From Pyrobaculum sp. (GTDB lineage: Archaea > Thermoproteota > Thermoprotei > Thermoproteales > Thermoproteaceae): DNA of 13,562 bases. Location: NCBI GenBank assembly GCA_046293555.1, contig JBKBOT010000036.1, positions 1-13,562 of the forward strand, written 5' to 3'. Positions within the stretch are counted from its first letter, which is position 1, and every line of letters starts with the position of its first letter. The translations under genes and the position numbers were made by a program. Below the pieces are notes generated by a model that saw only the letters and a program-made list of their open reading frames with translations, did no database searches and was not told the origin of the DNA. This document shows, piece by piece, positions 8,241 through 13,562 of the stretch.

Positions 8241-9445
8241 TCTCCCCCTTCGACTGGAGATATGGCGGCGAGGAGGTGCGCCGCCTCTTTACGCCACAGT
8301 CCCTCATAGAGGCGTACCTAGAGGTAGAGAGGGCGTTGGTGTGTGTGCTCGAGGAGCTGGGCATCGCCGAGAGGGGCTGCTGCGACGCAGTAGCCGCCGT
8401 GAGGATCTCCCCAGAGGAGGTATACCAGATGGAGAGAGAGACCGGCCACGACATTTTGAGCCTGGTGTTTCTGTTGGAGAGAAAAAGTGGCTGTAGGTAT
8501 GTACACTACGGCGCAACCTCTAATGACATTATAGACACCGCCTGGGCCCTGTTGATAAGAAGGGCGTTGGGGGAACTTAGAAAAAAGGCCGTTGAGACCG
8601 GCAGAATTTTGGCAGAACTGGCGGAGAGGTACAAAGGCCTGGAGGTGGTGGGGAGGACACATGGACAGTGGGCAGAGCCCACCACGCTGGGGTTTAAATT
8701 CGCCAATTATTACTACGAGCTTTATCTAGCATGTAGGTTTTTAAAACTCGCCGAGGAGCACATAAGGGCTAAAATAGGCGGCGCTGTGGGCACGCTGGCG
8801 GCGTGGGGGGAGGCGGGGCTTCTAGTTAGAGAGAAGGTGGCCCAGAGGCTGGGGGTTCCCCACCACCCCATCTCCACACAGGTTGCGCCTAGAGAGAGCT
8901 TTGCGGCGCTTGCAGCCGCACTGGCGTTAATGGCCTCTGTCTTCGAGAGGCTGGCGGTAGAGGTGAGAGAGCTCTCCCGGCCGGAAATAGGGGAGGTGGT
9001 GGAGAGGGGCGGCGGCTCCTCGGCCATGCCCCATAAGGCCAACCCCACGGCCTCAGAGCGCGTTGTGAGCCTCGCCAGATACGTCAGGGCTTTAACACAT
9101 GTGGCTTTTGAGAACGTGGCCTTGTGGCACGAAAGAGACTTGACTAACTCCGCCAATGAGAGAATATGGATCCCAGAGGCCCTCCTGGCTCTAGACGAGA
9201 TAATATCTAGCGCCGTCAAGGTGCTTAAAGGGGTCTACATAGACGTGGATAGAATCAGGGAGAACTTCCAGAGGGCGGCGCCGTATATACTCACCGAGTT
9301 TCATATGAACAAAATGGTTAGAGAGGGGCTTTCTAGAGCTGAGGCTTACGCCAAGGCGAGAGAGGTCAGGGCTGTGACGTATGAATACCAGAAGTGGCCA
9401 ATAGAGAAGTTAATAAAAGACGCCATCTCTCTAGAGCTGTGTTAA
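8237..9445 (+). CDS. purB: Adenylosuccinate lyase
   Basis: ISPFDWRYG, ETGHD, VHYGATSNDIIDTA, GRTHGQ, GGAVGT, STQV, GSSAMPHKANP signature, LWHERDLTNS. ATGA overlap with purA. Confidence 0.97.
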   Translation: MISPFDWRYGGEEVRRLFTPQSLIEAYLEVERALVCVLEELGIAERGCCDAVAAVRISPEEVYQMERETGHDILSLVFLLERKSGCRYVHYGATSNDIIDTAWALLIRRALGELRKKAVETGRILAELAERYKGLEVVGRTHGQWAEPTTLGFKFANYYYELYLACRFLKLAEEHIRAKIGGAVGTLAAWGEAGLLVREKVAQRLGVPHHPISTQVAPRESFAALAAALALMASVFERLAVEVRELSRPEIGEVVERGGGSSAMPHKANPTASERVVSLARYVRALTHVAFENVALWHERDLTNSANERIWIPEALLALDEIISSAVKVLKGVYIDVDRIRENFQRAAPYILTEFHMNKMVREGLSRAEAYAKAREVRAVTYEYQKWPIEKLIKDAISLELC

Positions 9446-10014
9446 TAGGCGTTGTGGACTACACGGTGGGGAATATTGGCAGCGTCTTAAATGCCCTCAA
9501 GAGGGCGGGCGCCAGGCCCGTAGTTGTGAAAAGGGCCGGGGAGGCCGGAGGGGTGGACGCCCTGGTGTTACCAGGAGTGGGGACATACCAGGCGGCTTAC
9601 CCCATGGCGTGGGAGTTTAGAGAGGCTGTGTTGGAAAAGCCCACGTTAGCCATCTGTCTCGGCATGCAGCTATTGTTTAAATCTAGCGAGGAGGGGGGCG
9701 GGAGGGGGCTGGGGCTTTTCAGGGGGCAGGTGAGAAGAATTGAGGCGAGAAAAGTGCCACATATAGGCTGGAGTTACACACATGTGGCCGCCCCGCAGCC
9801 CTACGTGAGGGAGGGGTATTACTACTACCTACATAGCTACGGCGTGCGGTGGGACCCCGGCGACGGGACGCACGTCGCCTATGTGGAGCTGGGGGAGAGA
9901 TATGTGGCGGCCGTCTATAGAGGCGGGGTCTTGGGGGTACAGTTCCACCCAGAGAGAAGCGGGAGGGCGGGGCTGGAGTTAATCCAGAGGTTCCTCCAGG
10001 AGGCGAGGAAGTGA
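9439..10014 (+). CDS. hisH: Imidazole glycerol phosphate synthase glutaminase subunit HisH
   Basis: [30 protein letters not shown] (catalytic Cys), [22 protein letters not shown]. The GTG at 9439, overlapping the purB stop, is preferred over the track's 9394. Confidence 0.95.
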   Translation: MLIGVVDYTVGNIGSVLNALKRAGARPVVVKRAGEAGGVDALVLPGVGTYQAAYPMAWEFREAVLEKPTLAICLGMQLLFKSSEEGGGRGLGLFRGQVRRIEARKVPHIGWSYTHVAAPQPYVREGYYYYLHSYGVRWDPGDGTHVAYVELGERYVAAVYRGGVLGVQFHPERSGRAGLELIQRFLQEARK

Positions 10015-10377
10015 GAAAGAGTGGGGGGAGGAGAAACAGCTTCTAGAGCCGGTGTGACAGGCGGCGCCTATTTGGGCCACTTTTAACACCACGGCGTCGC
10101 CGTCGCAATCGCTCCTAAACTCTCTCACAATTTGAAAATGGCCGCTGGTCTCTCCCTTAAGCCAGATCCTCTTCCTAGACGTGGAGTAGTAATGAGCCAG
10201 CCCGGTGGCCAGGGTGAGGACTACCGCCACGAGGTCCATATGGCCTACCATCAACACCTCGCCGGTGTAGACATCTTGCGCCACGGCCACCACAGTGTTT
10301 TCAATATGGCGGTAGTTAAGCCTTCTAGCCACATCCCAAGCCTCAGCCGGCGAGGCCAAGGGCGCCGCCTCTACCAC
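9979..10377 (-). CDS. hisI: Phosphoribosyl-AMP cyclohydrolase
   Basis: [56 protein letters not shown] (Zn-binding Cys residues). A TATA-like TATTTATA on the - strand lies at 10397-10404. Confidence 0.96.
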   Translation of the reverse strand: MVEAAPLASPAEAWDVARRLNYRHIENTVVAVAQDVYTGEVLMVGHMDLVAVVLTLATGLAHYYSTSRKRIWLKGETSGHFQIVREFRSDCDGDAVVLKVAQIGAACHTGSRSCFSSPHSFSLPRLLEEPLD

Positions 10378-10406
10378 AAGCCGAAGGTAGCCAGGGTATA
10401 AATAGG

Positions 10407-10640
10407 CTACGTCTGGCCTACAAGCACGCCGTCTACATACACCTCGATATGTGGAGCCAAGATGTCAACAACCCTCACCATGACTTTATGCCGCTCCTCA
10501 CCTCGAAGTTCACAATTTTGCATTCCATGTGTCTACCGCCTTCTCCCCGTCGATGTAGATTTTCAGCCTGCCGGTCCATATGGAGTAACGCGGATCTCGT
10601 GCCTCTCTTTAACGCCAATGTGGAGTTTTACCTCCACCAC
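10407..10640 (-). pseudogene. Frameshifted remnant of a small two-repeat beta-rich protein (FAIM1-like pattern)
   Basis: Joining - strand frames gives MVEVKLHIGVKERHEI / RYSIWTGRLKIYIDGEKAVDTW / KIVNFEV / [31 protein letters not shown] (TAG at 10407-10409). It has the internal repeat ERH(E/K)(I/V)...(I/V)Y(I/V)DG. A TATAAATA on the - strand at 10658-10665 precedes the GTG at 10640. Confidence 0.7.
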
Positions 10641-10657
10641 GGCCCCATGTTTGTAAG

Positions 10658-10667
10658 TATTTATATG
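10658..10667. promoter_or_regulatory. Putative bidirectional TATA element (hisC operon / pseudogene)
   Basis: TATTTATATG lies 22-31 nt before the hisC ATG at 10689. Its reverse complement contains TATAAATA, 18-25 nt before the GTG at 10640. Confidence 0.5.
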
Positions 10668-10688
10668 ATTATAGTGGCAGTTTTCTCC

Positions 10689-11687
10689 ATGAGGCTTCCA
10701 GAGGTGGATTTTGCCTACGACGAGCCTGAGGTGGGGCCGGAGAAATGGCGGCTACATTTTAACGAAAACTTGTTTCTGCCGGAGGAGTACTATAGAGCCA
10801 TCGCGCCGGAGGTAGAGCCGTGGGAGTTTCGGTACTACACAGACCCAAACAACAGGCGGCTTGCGGGAAAGATAGAGGAGCACTTCTCCCTCCCCGGGGG
10901 CACTGTGGCCATCTCTGCGGGTGCCGACGAGGGGCTGAGGATGGCCTTTATGTCTGTACTACATATGGGGGGCAGGCTGGCGGTTATAGAGCCCACATAT
11001 GGCATGGCCAGGGTGATTGCCCGGCAGCTGGGGCTCACGCCGATCGTGTTGACATATGGCGAGGACCTCTCTCTTGATGTAGACGCCGTGGTTAGGTCTA
11101 AAGCCTCCGCGGTGTATGTCTGTTCTCCCAATAACCCCACGGCGCATGTGGTGAAAGAGGTGGAGGAGCTGGCGGCCAAATTTGGAGGCTTGGTGATACT
11201 AGACTCTGCCTACGCCGAGTTTGCTGGATACTGGCGGCCTGGGCTATATGAGTACCAAAACCTGGTGGAGGTGCGCACTTTTGCAAAGGCGTGGGGCCTC
11301 GCGGGGGTCAGGGTGGGGTATCTAGTGGCACACAGGAGGCTTATAGAGCTGCTGCGGGCTCTGTCGCTTCCACACCCCATCTCTTTCTACTCCGCCAAGG
11401 TGGTAGAAAGGGCGTTGGAGAGAGGCAGGCCCTATGTGGAGAGAGCTGTAGAGGAGGTAGCTGAGGTGCGGACATGGGCCTCTTCCAGAGTTAGGTTTGA
11501 GAAATACGTGGGGCCTACCAACTTCATAACCATAAAGATAGACGACGCAGGGGATGTGGCCAAGAGGCTTGAGGAGAGGGGCTTCGCCGTGAGGGTGTTG
11601 GGGGGGAAGCCCCTATGTCGCTCATGCATAAGGTTCACCCTGGCGCCGAGACCCATAATGGAGAGATTCCTCGCCGAGTTGACATGA
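10689..11687 (+). CDS. hisC: Histidinol-phosphate aminotransferase (class I/II PLP enzyme)
   Basis: RLHFNEN, SAGADEGL, PTYGM, CSPNNPT, LDSAYAEF, RTFAKAWGLAGVRVGY (PLP Lys), TNFI, CIRFTL. Coupled to hisG. Start placed at ATG 10689 from the TATA position and the 332 aa length. Confidence 0.9.
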   Translation: MRLPEVDFAYDEPEVGPEKWRLHFNENLFLPEEYYRAIAPEVEPWEFRYYTDPNNRRLAGKIEEHFSLPGGTVAISAGADEGLRMAFMSVLHMGGRLAVIEPTYGMARVIARQLGLTPIVLTYGEDLSLDVDAVVRSKASAVYVCSPNNPTAHVVKEVEELAAKFGGLVILDSAYAEFAGYWRPGLYEYQNLVEVRTFAKAWGLAGVRVGYLVAHRRLIELLRALSLPHPISFYSAKVVERALERGRPYVERAVEEVAEVRTWASSRVRFEKYVGPTNFITIKIDDAGDVAKRLEERGFAVRVLGGKPLCRSCIRFTLAPRPIMERFLAELT

Positions 11688-12538
11688 GGCTGCTGCTCGC
11701 GGTGCCCTCTAAGGGGAGGCTACAGGAGCCAGCCATCAAGCTTCTTGAGGCTGTTGGCATCAAGCCGCTTGCCTCAGACGAGAGGGCCCTGGTGGTGCCC
11801 ACCACCTGGAGAGAGGTAAACCTAATTAGGGCCAGGCCTGAAGACATTCCGTACCTAGTGGAGTCTGGAAGGGTGTGGGCCGGAATCACAGGACACGACT
11901 ACGTGGTGGAGTCTAGGGCCACTGTGGCGGAGGTGGCGGAGCTGGGGTTTGGCCACGGGAGGCTAGTGGTGGCTGTCCCCAAGTCAAGCGGCGTAGACAA
12001 CGTGGAGAAGCTCCCCCCAGGCGCCAGAGTGGCCACAAAGTTTGTAAACATAGCCTACAGCTACTTTGGCGACTTGGGGAAACGGGTGAGGGTGGTAAAA
12101 GTGACGGGGTCTGTAGAGGTGCTCCCCCAGCTGGGCATCGCAGACGCCATATTAGACGTCATGTCTACAGGCACCACCCTGGAGGTCCACGGCCTCACCC
12201 CCATAGCCGTTGTGTTGGAAACCTCGGCGAGGCTGGTGGCACATCCGGATTACGTAAGCCACGAGCTTACAAAAAAGCTGGTTACCTTCATAGAGGGTTA
12301 CTACGCGGCGCAGGGCAGGAAGATGATATTTCTCAACGTCCCCGCGTCTAAACTAGACGAGGTGCTATCCATACTGCCGGCCATGGAGGCCCCCAGCGTC
12401 ACGAAACTCGCCAGGGGGGATAGCTACGAGGTGTTTAGCGTGGTGCCAGAAGGTGCCCTCCCAGATCTAGTCATGCGGCTAAAAAAGGCTGGGGCAAAAG
12501 ACATCGTTATAACTTCGGTGGAGAAACTCATCTCGTAA
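11684..12538 (+). CDS. hisG: ATP phosphoribosyltransferase (long form)
   Basis: LAVPSKGRL, RARPEDIP, GITGHD, LGFGHGRLVVAVP, VATKF, GSVEVLPQLGIADAILDVMSTGTTL, plus the C-terminal regulatory domain (LPAMEAPSV...LKKAGAKDIV). ATGA overlap with the hisC stop sets the start at 11684. Confidence 0.96.
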   Translation: MRLLLAVPSKGRLQEPAIKLLEAVGIKPLASDERALVVPTTWREVNLIRARPEDIPYLVESGRVWAGITGHDYVVESRATVAEVAELGFGHGRLVVAVPKSSGVDNVEKLPPGARVATKFVNIAYSYFGDLGKRVRVVKVTGSVEVLPQLGIADAILDVMSTGTTLEVHGLTPIAVVLETSARLVAHPDYVSHELTKKLVTFIEGYYAAQGRKMIFLNVPASKLDEVLSILPAMEAPSVTKLARGDSYEVFSVVPEGALPDLVMRLKKAGAKDIVITSVEKLIS

Positions 12539-12539
12539 C

Positions 12540-12833
12540 ATGTGCGAAGTGTTGAAAAGGCTGGAGGAGGTAATACGGAGGAGGCTAGAGGAGAAAAACC
12601 CACAGAGCTACACCTACAGGCTGTATAGCTCCGGCATACATAACGTCGCGAGGAAGGTAGGCGAGGAGGCCGTAGAGCTGACAGTCGCCACACTGGCGGA
12701 AGGGAGAGAAAGGGTTGTGGCAGAGGCGGCAGACCTTCTCTACCACACCCTGGTGTTACTCCACACAAAAAACCTCACGCTGGACGATGTCTGTCAAGAA
12801 CTAGCGAAAAGAATGAAGCCCATCACGGCGTAA
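12540..12833 (+). CDS. hisE: Phosphoribosyl-ATP pyrophosphohydrolase
   Basis: LEEVIRRR...SYTYRL, RKVGEEAVEL, EAADLLYHTLVLL, ELAKR. Confidence 0.96.
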   Translation: MCEVLKRLEEVIRRRLEEKNPQSYTYRLYSSGIHNVARKVGEEAVELTVATLAEGRERVVAEAADLLYHTLVLLHTKNLTLDDVCQELAKRMKPITA

Positions 12834-12921
12834 CGGCGCCACAGACGTCACACACGCCGAGGCCCCGGCCAGAACGCCGCCAGACGACGGCCAGTGTGCC
12901 GTGGGGCAAGACGTAACGCCC

Positions 12922-12990
12922 CCCGCCTGACGACAGCCCACGAGGTCAGGCCGACAACGTCGGCCGTTGGGCCCTCCCCACCCGCCTGAC
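12922..12990. repeat. GC-rich direct and inverted repeat cluster in the hisE-pilin intergenic region
   Basis: CCCGCCTGAC occurs at 12922-12931 and 12981-12990. GTCAGGC at 12945-12951 is complementary to GCCTGAC in both copies. GGCCGAC-aac-GTCGGCC at 12949-12965 is a perfect hairpin. Confidence 0.6.
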
Positions 12991-13234
12991 TTTCGGACAT
13001 CCCGCCAAGCCGACATCTTGGGCCGTGGCTGGGCTCGACACAACTTCGCCATTGCCGACAGCTCACCACGTGTTGTCAGTCATTCAGCACTTCGAGCTTT
13101 CTGCATGTTGTCACTCCCGGCTTGCACAAAGCCAGCCATCTTTTCTAGAAGATATGCCAGGAGAAGTTTCTCGCGTCGTACCTACATGGACTCATTTGGC
13201 GGCAACATGTGGCCCTATGGACAGATGGCAACAT

Positions 13235-13252
13235 AAAAAGATAAATAAATAT
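13235..13252 (+). promoter_or_regulatory. Putative BRE/TATA promoter of the pilin gene
   Basis: Purine-rich AAAAAG followed by ATAAATAAATAT, ending about 18 nt before the GTG at 13270. Confidence 0.6.
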
Positions 13253-13269
13253 CTAAACCATTTTTTGTC

Positions 13270-13562
13270 GTGGCTAGAGGTATGATCAGCCTAGAAATAG
13301 CAATATTACTAACAATAGTCTTGGTAATCGCGGTGGCTGTGGGGTGGTATATATACACCACATTTGTCGCCTCAGTAGGCGGACAGCCAAGACTGGCTAT
13401 AATAACAGCAGAGATAAAACAAGATGGAACCTTTAAGATTGTTGTAATGAACCCAGGCCCAGTAGATGTACAAGTCGCCACAGTTGAAATAGCAGGACAG
13501 ACTGCTACACTTAATGACGCGCCAGTAAAAGTAGCAGTTGGTGAACAAAAAGAATTATCCGG
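13270..13562 (+). CDS. Archaeal type IV pilin with class III signal peptide (3' truncated by window)
   Basis: The GTG start gives MARG|MISLEIAILLTIVLVIAVAVGWYIYTTFVASVGGQPRLAIITAEIKQDGTFKIVVMNPGPVDVQVATVEIAGQ... It has an (K/R)G cleavage site, Glu at +5, a long hydrophobic helix and a beta-rich head with NxG. The frame is open to the window end, so the ORF track missed it. Confidence 0.9.
   Translation, partial: MARGMISLEIAILLTIVLVIAVAVGWYIYTTFVASVGGQPRLAIITAEIKQDGTFKIVVMNPGPVDVQVATVEIAGQTATLNDAPVKVAVGEQKELS

Noticed and set aside
9394-9438. Upstream start for hisH
   Set aside because: It lies within purB. The conserved HisH N-terminus starts at GTG 9439.
10449-10688. 80 aa N-terminal extension of hisC in the ORF track (412 aa)
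   Set aside because: The sequence is not protein-like and is the antisense of the pseudogene. A TATA sits right before ATG 10689, which gives a normal 332 aa HisC.
11615-11683. Upstream start for hisG
   Set aside because: It overlaps hisC by about 70 nt. The ATGA coupling at 11684 starts right at the conserved LAVPSKGRL region.
129-12768. Numerous antisense and alternate-frame ORFs (e.g. 641-1063, 3020-3565, 6411-6797, 7370-7759, 8722-9219, 10835-11179)
   Set aside because: They are nested in or opposite well-supported genes and have the Ser/Pro/Thr-rich composition typical of shadow frames.
12834-13060. RNase P (type T), SRP RNA, tRNA or H/ACA sRNA
   Set aside because: The - strand CCGAAAGTCAGG only loosely resembles the RNase P P4 motif and lacks a matching 3' half. 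There is no SRP helix-8 motif and no T-loop or cloverleaf. The UGACGA...CGA segment does not give proper K-loop geometry.
12922-13113. CRISPR array
   Set aside because: The repeats are only 7-11 nt, irregularly spaced and in mixed orientation. No cas genes are present.
12801-13285. Four short ORFs (73-89 aa) in the hisE-pilin gap
   Set aside because: They are rich in Arg/Pro/Gly/Cys/Trp, have no recognisable motifs or apparent TATA, and overlap each other. This is expected by chance in GC-rich DNA.
13215-13481. 88 aa - strand hydrophobic ORF
   Set aside because: It is the antisense shadow of the pilin gene.

Overview
Densely packed, GC-rich archaeal chromosome segment. Gene content, TATA boxes about 25 nt before start codons and the pilin N-terminus suggest Thermoproteales (Pyrobaculum-like); this is inference. 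Most of it is housekeeping. The + strand run is carB (3' end), a LysX/ArgX-type ATP-grasp ligase, a DUF99 EndoV-like protein, a Tat-exported PotD-like binding protein, moaB and a LOG/SLOG protein. Next come a CPBP protease (-), a Gins23-like subunit (+), tmk (-), a COG2509-type FAD oxidoreductase (-), purA-purB-hisH (+), hisI (-) and hisC-hisG-hisE (+). Three things are not in the ORF track: (i) a multiply frameshifted pseudogene of a small FAIM-like beta-rich protein between hisI and hisC; (ii) a ~430 bp non-coding region after hisE with a ~69% GC hairpin-rich part and a repeated YGRCAACRY motif; (iii) an AT-rich type IV pilin gene running off the window end. I see no CRISPR, tRNA, rRNA or transposase, and no clear multi-gene novel system. 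The best leads are the pilin upstream region, the moaB-SLOG coupling and the pseudogene.
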